From: the human T2T-CHM13v2.0 reference genome, Homo sapiens
Strand: one strand, 5' to 3'
Length of the DNA stretch: 64,000 nt
Assembly (NCBI RefSeq): GCF_009914755.1
Contig: NC_060928.1
The notes below the pieces were generated by a model, which saw only the letters and a list, made by a program, of their open reading frames with translations, was not told where the DNA came from and did not search any database. Positions 22,795 through 41,457 of the stretch are shown here, one piece after another. Each line of letters begins with the position of its first letter. Positions within the stretch are counted from its first letter, which is position 1. Made by a program: the position numbers and the translations under genes.

Positions 22795-23605
22795 TGTAGC
22801 AGATTTAACATCTGGCCACAAATTCTATGACATACCTCCCATCAAAAATTTGGATGTGTGTCTCTTCTGAGGCTGGGTAATGGGAGTCATGTGGCTGCCA
22901 TCTTAGTTATAGTTTTTGGAGCTCTGTGCTTCAATGTAGGAAGTCTTATGACCCCAAGGGAACCAAGTACTCCAGTTGACAGTCTCAGATGAGCCTAGCC
23001 TTCTGGCCATCTTCACCAAGGTGCTAGACATGCAGATGAGGCCATCTCAGACCCTCCAGACCAGCCTATCTGCCAGCCAAATACCACTCAGTTACTGCTA
23101 TGGTGAAAATGTTCGAGTTCTGCCCAAATTCATATGTTAGAACCTCACCACCAATGGGATGCAATTAGGAGGTTGGGTACTTGGGAGATAATTAGGTGAT
23201 GAAGGAAGAGCCTACATGAATGGGATTAGTGCCTTTATAAAACAGGCCCCAGAGAGCTGTCTTGCCTCTTGCACCATGTCAGGACATAGCTAGAAGGCAT
23301 TATCCATGGATAAGAAAGTGAATTCTCACCAGAAACTGAATCTGCTGGTGCCTTGATCTTGAATTTTCCAGCCCCCAGAACTGTGAAAAATAAATTTCTG
23401 TTGTTTATAAGTTACCTTGTTTATGATATTTTGTTGTAGCAGCCCAAACAGACTAAGATAGTGACCTTCATCGACATCTTGTGGAAGTTTTACCCTGTCA
23501 AATCCTGCCTAAATTTCCAACCCACAAAACCACGAAATATAATAACATGATTCTTGCATTAAGCCAGCATGTTAGGGGTAGTGTGATATGCATTAATAAG
23601 TAAGT
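22795..23605 (+). mobile_element. MLT1G/H-like LTR inside a MIR, split by MLT1A0
   Basis: TGTAGCAGA...GGCCACAAATTCT...CCTCCCATC; flanked by MIR halves (GGGCAAGTTA...AAAATGGGGATGAT and GTAAGCACTCAACAAATGTTAGCTATTATT). Confidence 0.65.
23096..23460 (+). mobile_element. MLT1A0-like LTR
   Basis: TGCTATGG...GAATGGGATTAGTGCCTTTATAAA...CAGACTAAGATA; degenerate TSD GTTAC/GTGAC. Confidence 0.85.
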
Positions 23606-24019
23606 AAAATACTTTCAATGTGAAGGTCAGTAAGCACTCAACAAATGTTAGCTATTATTTTTATTTATTCAGCATCTACTATGATCATGAAACTGTATAA
23701 CAGGTTTTGGGGCACAGAAAAGAAGTGTAAGATATAGCCTTTGCTCTATTACAGTTCGGGAGTGGCAATAATGCTAGAAACATCTGAAAAGATAATGTAT
23801 GTATTGTTAGAGTGGTAGACATAATTGCTGTAAGAGTTCCAAGAAAGGAGAGCTAAGTCACTGTGAAGAAGTGGCTGTTGCGCTGCACCTGAGGCCCTCA
23901 TCTTTAGGGAGCTGGACGCAATATCTGTTGGACAGAAACATTAGAAGATAGTTTGTTTGACTTTGGATGGGGTTATATTTTAGTTCCTGTTTTATAGATT
24001 AGGGGACAAGTGATGGATA

Positions 24020-24541
24020 TGTTCTATATATGTTTTGATTGCTGTCTATTTACCCTGTTGGTGAGGCAATGACTCCTGCCCTAGGGTTATGAGACGATTG
24101 AGCATGTGACATTGACAGTGGACAGATGAGCTCCACATATATTCACAGTCCAGGGGAGAAGAACACTGCACGCCATTCGGGGCCACACAGGCTTGCTCTC
24201 AGGAACACAGTGAGCAACCAGGGGCTGTGGGAAGCAGGCTTTGTAGCATTAGGAGGGTGGGGTGCCCCCTGGGTTCCCACAGAGGATGTGATTTGGCTTA
24301 TTTGAATAATTCCCCAGTCTTGCTGGGAACTGAAACTTGCTACTCAGGGATAAGCAGAAACTGTGCCTCGTCCCTTTGATAAGAAGGGTTGTTTGGCTAG
24401 GGGGTTTATAACGGAGGAGAAGCAGGGCAGGGAAGGCATCTTACTGTTAGACATTTGAGAACCTCCTGATTTTACCGGATCCACAAATTTAAAAAGCAGC
24501 ACATGACAGTGAGCCTCAATTTTAGTCCTTATTCCACTGTA
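24020..24541 (-). mobile_element. MER76-like ERVL LTR
   Basis: GGGGCTGTGGGAAGCAGGCTTTGTAG...GAGGATGTGATTTGG...TACTCAGGGATAAGCAG match the recalled MER76 consensus. Confidence 0.65.
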
Positions 24542-25049
24542 TAACCTTCCCAAGGTTCCAAAGCCAATGAGAAGTGGGGCTTGGATTTGAACCTAAGTGT
24601 GTCTGGTCCAGTCTGTTCATCAGGCTCAGAGTCCATGCATTAGATACAAATGAAGGAGAGGACTAAGTTTATGAAGACAACTAAGTATGTTTCTTCTTTC
24701 ACGCCACTCTGCCTGTTTCATTGAGTTTACTTCAATCCCAAAGCACCCAAAATCCTAAAAATTCTTCTGGGTGAACCACTATCATTACATGAGATGCCAT
24801 CATTGAGGGAAGCTGGATAAAGGGTATATGAGACCTCAATAACTACTTCAAAATTTAAAGAAATGCTTCTGGTATATAAGGCTCTAAATTATGGTCCTGG
24901 ATTTGTAGTCAAGCAGAGTCATGGTAGATCTTGCTGTCTCCACTAACACTTTTCACTGTTTCTCACCCATCTTGTGTCCTTATATCCCTCTGTATCAAGG
25001 CTAATCCCATGGTACATGGTAATTATTGAAATCACTCTTTTGCATACAT

Positions 25050-27232
25050 TCCTAATTTCCTTGTTTCTCTCTCTCTCTTCAGCTTCCTTATAGTTAGGCT
25101 AAACCACAGCCCTGGTTAAATCCAGTTATGGCTTCTCTGTGTCTTTACCTGGGGACTTGGATCTTGCTGGAGAAAAGCACAAAACCAGGCTGACTGGTGT
25201 TTTAAACTCATGATCCTTCCTAAGTGTTACTCCTCTCTGCCTTTTGAACCCAAACCAATCAGACCTTTGACCCAACCGCTCTGGCAAAATACATTTCATG
25301 CAAGGTCATGGATGACATCCTCATTGCTAAATTCAGTGGTCAATTCTTGACCTTTCAGCAGCATTTGATAGACTTGATCACTCATTCCTCCTTGAAACAT
25401 TTTCCCAATGTAGATTCTAGCACATAAGTTCCTGGTTTTCCTCCTACACCAACGGTTGCTCCCTTCTCAACCTCTTTTGCTAGTTTCTCTTATGCTCAAT
25501 ATCCTAATGATGAAATGCTCCAGATCTCAGTTTTTGAACCACTTCTGTCTACCTATACTCACTCTCTTGTGATCTTACATAATTTTTTGGCTTTCAGTAC
25601 TATGCATGTGCTAGGACTCCCACCATTTATATCTCCAGCTCGAATATTACCACTGAACTCTGACTCTAGAATCATGTATCAAGATCTCCATTTGTCTGTC
25701 TAATATGAAGATCAAAGTTAACATATTCAAAAACCAAAGATCTCAACATTTCTTCCAAACCTCATTCTTTTGCAGTTTTCTCCACTCAGCAGAAACTATG
25801 TTTTTCTAGTGGCTTAGGCTTGATATTATCCAAAAAATCTCTCTCTCTCTCTTTTTCTTAAACATCCTTTGTCAAGTCAGTCACCTTGACTTTTTGGCCC
25901 TATATTAAAAAATCTATTCTAACCTGACAGTTTGTCGCCAAACTCCACTGATACCACTCGTGTTCAAGTCATCATTGCAGATTACTGCAAAAGCTCTCAG
26001 TATGGGAAATATTTTGTGTCCCTAACCCTATTCTCTCATCTCACCTCTTTACTCCAGCCATTGCTTTAGAAACCCATGCTTCCAAGAGTAGTCTGACAGC
26101 ACCTTTCTGAACTCATCTCTGGTTTTCCACCAAGGCTTCTTTGCCACTACTAAGTGTGATGCCTGTGTGTACATGCTCAGCCATGCTATCAACACTGGGA
26201 GTTCAAGATAATTAACTGTCTATGAGCCAACACTTGACCAATGGGGAATGAAAACTGGAGAAAAACTCCCCTCTCTACTCTTTGGGTAGACAATTCTCAG
26301 GCATGTACTATGTACCTCCTCAGAGGCTTACCTGTATGGAGTCCCAGTTGCCCACAGCAACCAGCTTCATACAGCACTTTTAATTTGCTTTTTCTATTTT
26401 TTCTGTTTCCCTCTTCTCAGCTCTCCAGTTCTCTTCCTGTGATTATTGTACTTTACACAACGAGCTACCTGTGGGTAAGCTACTGTCTCAGGCATTGCTT
26501 TTGGGAAAACCAGGCTAAGATACCTTCTCACTGGCCTCTCTTCCACTCTCGCTCCATACAGTCTATTCTTAATTGAGAAGTTAAAACCATCCCTTTTAAA
26601 ACATAGGTCCCATTATATCACTTCTCTGCTGAAAGCCTCAGTGGCTTCCCATCTGATGAGAGTAAAAATGGATCAGCATTGTCATGTCTTCACAGGCCCT
26701 GCTCACTCTGGACTCCCTTAGCTTATCTGACCTTCTCCACTTTTATGTTCTCTATGGTCACTTCACTCTAGCATCTCTGGTTCTTTGCTGTTCCTTGAAT
26801 GCGCTAAAAATACTTTCACTTTAGGGGCTTTGGTGTTGCTGTTCTCTCTTTCCTCAGTTGCCTTCCTGGCTCATTTTCCTCACCTCCTTTAGGTCTTTGC
26901 TCAATGTCACCTTCTCAGGAAGGTCTATCCTAACCACACTAGTTAACATTGAACTCTGTTTACCAGCCCAATATTCTCTTTGCTTGTTTTATCTTTCTCA
27001 TAGTATTCATTTCTCTTTAATATTCCATCAACATTCCATCAATTTAATGGTTTTAGCATGCTGTTTTTAAAATTTTAATATTTGATCTTTCCCCACAAGG
27101 ATGTAAAATTATAGGAGGTCAAAGATTTTTTATTTTTATTCTTTTACTTCTGTAATTCCAGTGCCTAGGATAGTGCATGGCACATAGTAAGCAGTTAATA
27201 TATAGTTGTTGAATGAATGAATGAATGAATAA
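25050..27232 (+). mobile_element. L2a LINE with 3' end, split by LTR16
   Basis: Pyrimidine-rich L2 body; ends CAGTGCCTAGGATAGTGCATGGCACATAGTAAGC...GTTGAATGAATGAATGAATGAAT. Confidence 0.85.
26000..26522 (+). mobile_element. LTR16-family ERVL LTR
   Basis: CTTGACCAATGGGG...GACAATTCTCAGGCATG...CCCAGTTGCCCACAGC...GCTTTTGGGAAAACCAGGCTAAGATA. Confidence 0.75.
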
Positions 27233-27799
27233 ATAAAAGGTCATCTCTATGGGGCTTCAGGCAACTAGGCAGCCATAAAGATGGTTGTGTTAGGAAAATA
27301 GACATTTTCCACCTTCTCTTCTTTACGTTTTATTCTGTTTACATTATCTCCCAAATTCAGAAGGCTGAGTAGAGCTAATTCATAACAGGAAAACCTATAG
27401 AAGACTCTGATATTTATAATCCACTGAGTGAAGTTTTTTTCTGTGTCACCCTGAGAGGTAAAACTGAGTGGAAGGTGGAGACATTTATTACAGACGTTTC
27501 TTGATTGAAAGGAACCTTGCACTTAGAGTTGTGTAAATGAAATGGTGGAAGGCGATGAAGATTCCATTGTCCAAATGTCTTTATTACTTTCTTAAAACTG
27601 TAATACACAAGTAGGTATAAATTAATATTACAATTTCTGATAAAATTTAAGGGAGATATAACAAGCAATTAACAGTTATTTCCATGCCATTATGAATTGT
27701 TTCAAATAATGTTTCTACTCTAGTTTTCATCACATTTTATTTTAATAACTTTAACATATTTGTCTTTTGTAATAGTTTGCCTTTTCTTTGAGGAAAGTG

Positions 27800-27880
27800 A
27801 GCACAGCTGATTGTTTTGTACTTTCCTAGTTCCTAGGACAGTGCCTGGCACATAAGAGGCAGTTCCTAAATGTTTGCTGG
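27800..27880 (+). mobile_element. L2 3'-end fragment
   Basis: CCTAGGACAGTGCCTGGCACATAAGAGGC...TAAATGTTTGCTG. Confidence 0.65.
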
Positions 27881-28229
27881 AAAAAGCAGAGATGTGAATG
27901 ACCACTCATGTCCTCACATGTTATATCCCACAGTTCTCTCCATGGTCTTGCTACATAGGCATATAGTACAATTTGAGATGGGAGGGAGTTATACCTTTTT
28001 TTCATATGGTAGGAGAGAGATGGTCATGAAATAGGAGTTGCAGAAAGAGAGCCAGCATGATGTCTGGACCACAGTCAGATTCTCAGACGGCACAATTTTC
28101 ATGAAGTACATATGGATGTTGAAAATCTAGAAACTGATATTCTTAAAACCACCCCAGCCCATGTACCTATTGAAAAGTGATCCTGCACTCTCAGAGCTAT
28201 GATACATCAAACTGAAGACTGCTTTCTAG

Positions 28230-28338
28230 AGAGTAAGTTCTGCTAAGTCTGTCTTGGCCACCACTGTGTCCTCTGAACTTAGCACAATGCTAGACTCATA
28301 GTAACTACACAAAAACATTCACTGAATGAACAAATGAA
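28230..28338 (+). mobile_element. L2 3'-end fragment
   Basis: CTTAGCACAATGCTAGACTCATAGTA...CTGAATGAACAAATGAA. Confidence 0.6.
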
Positions 28339-29258
28339 ATAGACCCATCACTGATGATGCTTTTATCTCGACTCTGTTTCCTGGACCAAATCTGATGCCT
28401 GATTGAAAACCCCCTTCACTAACTCATCTTAATCCTGGGTGTTTATCCTTAGTGAAATCCCATCACAGTAGGGACACTTCATTGGCTGACATTTTATTGA
28501 GTCTCCTTATATTTAAACAAAATAGTATAATACCTTTGGCCTTAATTAACGGTCTAAATCAAATTAGGGAAAGTCTATAAAGTAGACTACCTACTAAAAT
28601 ATTTGAGACTTGGCTTTACTGTTCTATATTTATTCAGATGACATACTAGGAATTATTTTTTAATATATGCCAATTATCTTTGCTGCCTGCAGAAAAAGTC
28701 TTATTGTTTCAATATCTTCCATAGCTAATTCAAATAACCATCGAAAAAGAAAATTTGCACCACTCATTTTCCCCTTGAAAGCTTACTCTTTTTTTTATCG
28801 AATTACTATTATTTTATTTGAGCCAGCTATTCCTATAAAAAAAGCAAACATTTTTATAGTGTTATTTTTTAAAAGCTAGAGGAACCTTAAATATCAATGA
28901 GATTGTCACCAAATCATTTGTATTTATAATTAAATTTGAAAAAGTCAATAATTTGGGTCTGATTCATTTGGGATATAATTATTTATGCCTTCATAATATC
29001 CAGGGTGTATGTCCAATTCTTCATTTTAAAATCTCTTTCAACATCATTTACCATTGATTGGCAACTTCTGAATTCAGCTTGTTTCACCAATCTAGGCCTC
29101 TAGGTCTACTTTACAGTGCATTCAAAGTAACTTTATTTTATACAAGTTACATGCAGTGAACGAAAAGCAAGTGTGATTTAATGCTCTTGGTTGGAGCAGA
29201 GAGTATGTCTTCTGACATTCACAATCAGGTTTTCTAAATGTCTAATTATAATGACATC

Positions 29259-29621
29259 TGCTATAATCTAAATGTTTGTCTTCCCAACCCCAAATTCATA
29301 GGCTGAAATCCTAACTCACAAGGTGATAGTATTAGGGAGTGGGATCTTTGGGAGGGGATTAGGTCATAAGAACAGAGCCCTAATTGATGTGATTAGTGCT
29401 CTTATAAAACAGACCCCAGAGGCATTATTGCCCCTTCCTACCATGTGAGGACACAGGGAGAACGCACCATCTATGAACTAGGAAATTAGCCCTCAGTGAA
29501 CATGGCCAGCACCTTGATCTTGGACTTCCCAGCCTCTAGAACTGTGATAAATAAATTTCTGTTGTTTATAAGCCACTTAGTTTTATGCTGTTTTGTTGTA
29601 GTTGCCTTAACAGACTGGGAT
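29259..29621 (+). mobile_element. MLT1A0-like LTR
   Basis: TGCTATAATCTAAATGTTTG...CACCTTGATCTTGGACTTCCCAGCCTCTAGAACTGTGA...AAATAAATTTCTGTTGTTTATAAGCCAC. Confidence 0.88.
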
Positions 29622-29983
29622 GTATCTTAAGATACAGAGGCAGTTATTCTAACAAATGAAAATTTTTCTTGAAGGAAGTAGACTGTAAAAGCAACATCAT
29701 AAAAATACCTTATATATGTGTGTCCCATAATTTTTCAGATTACGTAAGCCTCAGAAATTCTACATAAAAATAGTAATAGCATTCTTTTGGACTCATGCCT
29801 TAGCCACTAAGCAGCAAGAAGCTCCCACCCAGATCTTTTCCATCTAGACTGGAGGTTACATGTGTTTTTCACATGTGCTTTAAATACTCTCTTTCTAGAC
29901 AGAGAAGAGTACAAGAATATCCCATTGAAGGGAAGAAGAAACGGGAAGAATATAGCAATATGTACTTAAAAATGGGAACACTT

Positions 29984-30290
29984 GGCCAGGTGCGGTGGCT
30001 CAAGCCTGTAATCCCAGCACTTTGGGAGGCCGAGGCGGGTGGGTCATGAAGTCAGGAGATTGAGACCATCCTGGCTATGACCGTGAAACCCCGTCTCTAC
30101 TAAAAATACAAAAAAAATTAGCTGGGCGTGGTGGTGCGTGCCAATAGTCCCAGCTACTCAGGAGGCTGAGGCAGGAGAATTGCTTGAACCCGGGAGTCAG
30201 GGGTTGCAGTGAGCCGAGATTGCACCACTGCATTCCAGCCTGGGCAACAGAGCGAGACTCTTGTCTCAAAAAAAAAAAAAAAAAAAAAAA
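29984..30290 (+). mobile_element. AluS (Sc8-like), full length
   Basis: GGCCAGGTGCGGTGGCTCA...poly(A); TSD core GGGAACACTT on both sides. Confidence 0.97.
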
Positions 30291-31659
30291 GGGAACACTT
30301 ACTTGGTGCTCACTGCTGACATTACAGCATAGAAGAGCAAAATGTTATACATTGCCTATTCATTAGTACACAAGCAATTCTTAGTAATACTGTTATCTCC
30401 ACATATCTTTCTGCTTCACAATAACCCATAGTTTGCTTTTGACCTTTCTTTTAAAAAAGCATCATCCTACCCTCCATGTAGGGTCAGGCAGTGGTGTGGG
30501 AAGCTGGTGGAAGGTGGGGTTAGGCAGAAACCAGGAGCAGGCAACAGTGGGTACAAAAGCTGGGAGTCAGGTTGCAAGGAGACGGGCGAAACTGGTGGAG
30601 AACAATCAATGTAAAGTTATGGCCATAAAGCCAAAGGGTCCAAACCAGTAACAGGTTGTCCAGAATTCACAGGGTCTAGACTTCTCTAAGGCAACACTGA
30701 GAAGTAGGCAGAGACTGTGATGTTCATTTCTTTTGCCCTCCACCTCCTGTCCTCTCTGTGACCATTCTCTTGCAGCTCTTCTCTTCTCTATTGGGCGTCT
30801 GTGTTTTTTTCCTGGCCTGCAGCTCTCATTGTCTCATCAAGGCTTGGATTTCCTAATCTCTTCTTTCCCTACAGAACGTCCCTGCTCAAGGTCCTAAGCC
30901 TTGTGGATTTGTTCTAAGTGATCTGGTGATCAATATTGGCTAAGGGTCAGTAGCTGCTACAGTGTAATGTGTCATCTTTTCCAAGTCAAGTCCATGAAAC
31001 TTACATTGACTCATAGAAGGAATGTGAATTTCAGGCAGATCAGAAAGGGAACACTGTGGAGGAATAATTTGTCTTTGATACCTGAAAAAGCCCATCTCAT
31101 AAGAGGCCTCTCTAAAGTGTTCACCATTTAGAGAAGAGATGTACCACAGCATCATAGGATTTTATAGTTAAGGAGGGATTATCTCTGTAATTATTTCTTA
31201 ATCCCTAACATGTTACCAGTACATGTTATCTACAATGGCTGCTCACCCAGTGCTTGTTAATAAACAACATTGACAGAGAAATAGAAAATTTCTGTCCTCT
31301 AATGACATCTGCTGTCACTATTTGTGATATGCACAAAATTCAGTCGATGAAGCTCATATTTGAAATATGAAAGTTATTTTTTATAGATTTTGTGGGTCTG
31401 AAATGTTATAACATATTGGCACTTCAGTCAGCTTAATTCAAATTTGGTTGATATACATGAAGCGTTTTCAGAGCAGGCTCTAACTATGAATGGGAGAAGT
31501 AAATTGACTACTTAAGGGATTTTAAGGCTGCTGGGAAAGCCCTCTTCCATCTGGTCCCTGAAATACCTCCCTTGCTTTCTGTTGCCTGAAATTATACAAA
31601 TGGGAGTTCCAGATTTTCCTTATGCTTTCTTTTCCCTATAAAAATAAAATAACAAAAGA

Positions 31660-31810
31660 GATTCACCCGGGGAACTATTAGAAAAATCCCCACACTTGGG
31701 CTCTACCCCCAGTGTCCATTTTTATTAATCTGGATAGAAGCCCAGGTATTGGTATTTTTAAAAAAACTCCGTGAGAGATTTTGATGAATAGGTGGTTTTG
31801 ACAAACACTG
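31660..31810. mobile_element. MER5-like hAT-Charlie MITE
   Basis: TCACCCGGGGAACT...CCCAGGTATTGGTATTTTTAAAAAAACTCC...GATTTTGATG...GACAAACACTG. Confidence 0.65.
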
Positions 31811-32798
31811 TGTGGGTGGGACACTAAACTGTATTCATTTTTACCTGGGATATGTACGTGTGGGCATTTTGTTTTTGTTTTCTTTTAAATCAGGCATCTT
31901 TCTGAAAAACAGATTACTGGAGAGGAAAAGGACACCAAGGAAAGAGAACTCTGGGCTCTAGTGGAAACTGAGAGCTCAAACCAAAGTTAGACTGAGAGTG
32001 GGAGGCATGGGGATTTCAAAAATAAGCACTGTCTAGTTTGCATTGTTGGAAGGCTGGGTCTTGTTAGTATCAGTTGCAAACAATGAGGAAATGACAAGTA
32101 TTATCATCTCTTTCTTCCTTTCTCTTCCCTTCCCTCTGGCACTTAAGGAGCCATCTGTATACAAGTCAGGGGCCCTGGGAAATGGTATGCTGAACACACT
32201 TGATCTGTAGGCAGCAAAAGAAGTTTTAAGATGGGGCTGCTACAGTTGCTGCTGCTCTGCAAACCCATCAGGGAGATGCACGGTCTCTCTTTCGATTTGA
32301 AGTTCCAGATTAATGGGCCTGAAAATTGAATTAGCTCAGTGACTACTGAAAGATCCACAGTGGAATGAAAATAAGTCAGAATAGTTACAACCTGTGGCTA
32401 GTGGACCCAGAAACTAAATTTTAGCTTGGTGTTTTCAGTGCCAAAGTGAATCTGAAATGGTAATACAACATGGGGCAAAGTTGGGGTTATAGCTCAAATG
32501 TTAAAAATATGCTCCAGTGTCAAAATGTCATGGAATGAACAATCAATTAGTAGACATTTTTTCTTTCTTGCTATAAATTCTTTGCTCTTCTTTGCCTAGA
32601 AACTCTGCAAGTTTTTCAAAGCAACAAAACTGATCAAAGAAGAGTCAATTAAAAGCGGGGTGAAGGTAGTCCTTGTAAGAAGCTATCTCATCCTTTTAAA
32701 TTGCTTGAGAGTTCTAAAACATATTTCTCCCTTCTAAGCAAAAATTGAAGCATCTGATTAAATTGGCCCCCTGACATTGCTTTGGATTGGGTCTCTCC

Positions 32799-33977
32799 CT
32801 GAGGTGGATTTTCTGTGAAGGGTACGAAGCTGAGGGAGGCTTCAGGGCTACTCGCTTGCACTCATCCCATCTAAGGCCCTGGAAGGAGGTGCCCTGGCAA
32901 TGACTTCTAATGGTCACAGGTTTTGTAATATTAAACAAGAAAACCCAGAAGAGATTTTAACAGCAATTAGTTAGGACTACTCTCTCCACTCTAAAATTTC
33001 CTTGGACATACTTCCTGTTATGGTGTGTGGTATTAGAGACATTGCATGCATTGTTTGGATCTGGCTAAAAAGATTTATGACATAATTTGTATGGTTTGCA
33101 ATCACTTCAGAGTATATCTAAGTTATTGCTAGATATCCCAGTATGCACGTAGCTCACAGGAAAACACACTTTGTGCTTATCATGTGACTCATTCACCATC
33201 ATGACCTAAGGGTGCAGTATCCTGATATAAACCTTGCTCCTGAAGTATGTTGATAAGAGAGGTGAAAGTGAAGCAAAGCTTCAAATATGTGGAGCTAGAA
33301 ACTACTCTATGAAAAATTCTCCCAATTTTCAGACATGTAAAATTGTAAGTGGAGAATCCAGTCCATATTGATGACTAATGAAAGCCCAAGTTATCTCTAG
33401 TTAGTAACATCCCGTCTTTTTTTTTTGATGGTTATCACATGAAATAGAACTTACCAGGATTCTTGTATTTATAGGAGACATATCCATAGCAGTATGACAA
33501 ACTGGTGAGCTTGCTTATTTTATACATTCTAATGCATCAGATGGCACCTTAGAGTATCTGACATCTCTTACCTTAATGCAGTTTTGCGGTTCTAGACCAA
33601 ACAGCACGTACTATAACCTTAAATACAGTAAAACAATCAACTATGCTAGATGAATGACCTAATTATTCCAGTAATCTCCAAGTTTGAAAAATGTTTCAAA
33701 ATTGTTATATGAAGTATGCAGCCAAAAAATGTAGAAAAAAAGTATGATAGAGGTATGTCTAATAGTGAAAGATTATTTATTATATTATTTTTCTGGATTT
33801 TAATAATGTTGTAGTTTTTAATCAGCTCTTTAAAATTTATAATTTGTTGTGATTTCTTCTCTCATTCGAAATAAATAGTGCTTTTATACGTGATCCTGTG
33901 TCCTCAATTTTGTATTCTTTTCATAAAGAAAGAGCTTGTAAATTGTGTCAGGCTGCACAAAACATGGGTCGGCCTCT
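32799..33977. mobile_element. Zaphod/MER115-like hAT-Tip100 deletion derivative
   Basis: Left end GAGGTGGATTTTCTGTGAAG...GCTTCAGGGC...CTTGCAC...AAGGCCCTGG; right end TCAGGCTGCACAAAACATGGGTCGGCCTCT. Confidence 0.65.
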
Positions 33978-34199
33978 ATGTCTCTGCTGGAGATATTTTC
34001 ACATGGTATGGGCAAGCCATAAATTATAAATGTAAAAGGAGATTTAATCTCTGAGTTGATACATTTCTCACTTGGTCAGGAGTCAGAAAAGTTGGGTGCT
34101 CTTATGAAGTCTGGCATTTATTGGCCAGGTGGTTAGATCCAGCTTTTTGAGGGAGGAAAAAGAGAGAAAAATGCTATTTATTTAACAAACAAATAAATA

Positions 34200-34485
34200 A
34201 AATGATAGAATCATACCAGTGCTTTATATGCATTACCTAATTTAAACCTCACAACAGTTTTACGAGGTTGGACGAAGCTAAGGTGAATAGAGATTTAGAA
34301 CCTACCTCAAGGGAATGCCCTGCGATTAGAACCTAGATCTGTCTGACCTTATGGACTATGAATTTGCCATGACTTACAGATTTAAGACTCCAAGTTTCCT
34401 CAGTTGTAAGATGAGACTAATTCTATGTCTTTTTAACCTGCTTCCCAGGGTTGTGACAGCCATCAAATGAGGGTGCCAGTGAGAA
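34200..34485. mobile_element. Two MIR fragments in opposite orientation
   Basis: GTGCTTTATATGCATTACCTAATTTAAACCTCACAAC (minus) and AGTTTCCTCAGTTGTAAGATG...AGGGTTGTG...AAATGAG (plus). Confidence 0.6.
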
Positions 34486-35169
34486 AATAGGAAATAATAT
34501 TTATTTCTGTAAATACGAAATAACATTTATGGTCTGCAGCTCTGTATGCAGCCCATATGATTTGGGGTATTAAATTATTTAACATTAATAGCTCTGATAT
34601 ATTTTAGCAAATAGGGATATTTAAATGTGTTTCATAGGTAGCGACATGGCAGTCTGTTTTGTGCCCATTGGGGTTAGTTAGATGTTTCCTGTTTGGACAC
34701 CAATAGGAATGTGTCTTTTCTTATCATAGGAGTTCTTGACTCTACACCAAAGCAGAGAACAGAGGTTCAGAATGATATTTACAATGGTGAAAAGAGACAA
34801 AGAGTTGAGAGCCAAGTTTGAAGAAAGGAATGAACCTTAATACAAAACATTGGAGGAAGTCATCTTCCACCAAAAGCAATTATTAAAGATTCGGTCATTT
34901 GAAGAAACCTTGTATCTTTTCCTTCTCAATTAAAAAAAGTATGTATTTAATTACAATCACTTTGTTGAAGCATGACTGATATACAAAAAGTTGTACTGTG
35001 TTACAGAGCCTCAGAATAACATGCTAAAAGTATTAGAGGTTCAAATATAAGACTTTGAAAGGAGAGAAATTTAAACTAGACCAAAACATAGTCTCTTCTC
35101 TCGGCCAGGCTGGGTAAGGAACATTATTATTTTTTCCTCAAGGTCTGCCTTTGCTTTCATGTAACTCAT

Positions 35170-39444
<4,275 letters not shown>

Positions 39445-41457
39445 GGAAATGTTAATTCTTTATTGCAAAGAAACTTTTAGTGTTGAGTGAAATTGTAGCA
39501 TTATTTATATAAAGTTGTATCTGTTATTATTCACATTTACAGTACAGTAATATGTATAGATTTTTTATTTCAAAATGTGTGATTAATAGTATTCAATCAA
39601 GTAATCTTTTTCTTTAAACAATATTAATTTCAAAATAATTCTAGGTATTGTCATAGTTACGTATTTGAACTAGGATGACCTAATTATTGTAGTCAATATT
39701 CTGGTTTCTGGAAAAGGTAAAACTGAGTTAGAAGAAATGCTTTAGCAGGCTTATTACTGAATGTGTTACATGTAAGGCCAGACAGATATTAGAACTTAGG
39801 AGGCAGGTTAAATAACTTGATGCTTTTCCAAACTGAAATTTAAAAAATATATTTAAAAACTTTTATACAGTGGATGTGGGAGAAATATTTTTTTCTAAGC
39901 AGTTAGAGCAGATACAGAATTATGTATTCATTCATTAATACAATTAAAGTTATTAGTCAAACTAGTTTCTATTTTCTCTATTCTTATCTTTCTATCTTCT
40001 TTTATAATTTTTAAATTTGGGGATATTATAGAATTATAGAATTACAAGATGACTTCTTATAAGGAATAGTAGTATAAGTTTTCAAATTTAACAAACTAAT
40101 TTGCTTATTCTCCCAAAGCAGACCTAGGTCTGGCTTTTTTAGTTTTAGAATCTCAGCTGATTTTATTGACATCTAATTCACTGAAATTACCTATAAGCAG
40201 AGGAAAAAATATCCCAAAAGGTAAAGTAGTGTAGTAAGGGCTATTTTGCCTTTTGACTTGGCTCTACTTACCTTAATGAGTAAATTTATTCCAGTGATGC
40301 TTTTTATCCACTAGAAATCAGTGTTGCTGGCAACCCCCTGGCTAGTTTGCCCATTGATCTAGCTCTAGATAAAAGTTACCTGTTTCATTTTACTCCTTAT
40401 CTAAATCTCTTCTTCTAAATTATGTTTTGCTTCATTCTGACTTTCTCTGTTTACATTTTGCTGTTTCATTGCATGTATTTTGCCGTAAGTCATATTAAAT
40501 CTTTTATGGAGAGTGATAAAGTATAAAACAAATAAATATTGGCTGTTTTAATCCTTCTTGCATTTTGCTTTTGTTTTTATCTCTTCCATCTACCCCATAG
40601 TTATCAGGATTCTGATGAGATGGTGGCCAGAATATACATCCCTGTTGCTCTGATATCCACTTCAAACACTGACCCAACCACCAACTACATCTCCAGTGGG
40701 GGACAGGTGCTTGAACTGAAGAGTTTGTGACCCTGCAAGACCCTGACCCTGTCAAGCTGCAAGCTTAGGATGATTCTCAGTTCTGGGCCTGGAGGTTGGC
40801 CTGGGCTAAGGATTTGAACTCTTTTATTCCTAAAAGGATATTGGACATCTAGGACCTATGGATCCTCAAGAGGAAAAGCCATGCCAGCCCACACATGTGA
40901 TTTTTTAAGGTATTCAATGTATTTTTAATAAGTGAACAAAGGAGGGAAGAAATACAGGAGGGAAGAGAGGAAGGATTAATTTTTTAATTAAAAAAATCAA
41001 GTTCTGAGATGACTTGTTTTAAAAAGACCAAAGCTTATCTTTCTGACCACTACTACCAGCTCATTTTCAATAACCTTCCCCTACACTCGCCCCTCTGTCT
41101 CTGGGGCAGAGTGGCAGTCATGTCCCACAAAGCATTTCGCCTCACATGCCATTTTAGGAGGATTTGCTGATCTTTAAGCCTTCTCCCTCTGCCTATGAAA
41201 GCAGTAATCAAGTTCTTCTTAATGTTTGCTGAAGGGATTGAAGAGTCTCCAATTTTTACATCCCTGTTTGTCAACAGTAGTACTTCCTACTGCTTTCAGG
41301 TTTTCATCACTCTTAGGTACTTTACTAATTCAATATGAGAATAGACTCATGGGTATGCAAAGGAAATCACAGCCTATGGGGACCCGGTAGAGCAGTCCTC
41401 TCTTCACAGCCCATAGGCTGTGATTTTCTTTGCATACCCATGAGTCTTTTCTCATAC

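Noticed and set aside
27265-27522. ORF ending VENVYFPNTTIFMAA, vaguely T-box-like
   Set aside because: Resemblance is superficial; no conserved motif context or splice support.
40588-40686. Possible plus-strand exon (DSDEMVARIYIPVAL...)
   Set aside because: Weak donor (GTGCTT), competing upstream AG, and no recognisable protein.
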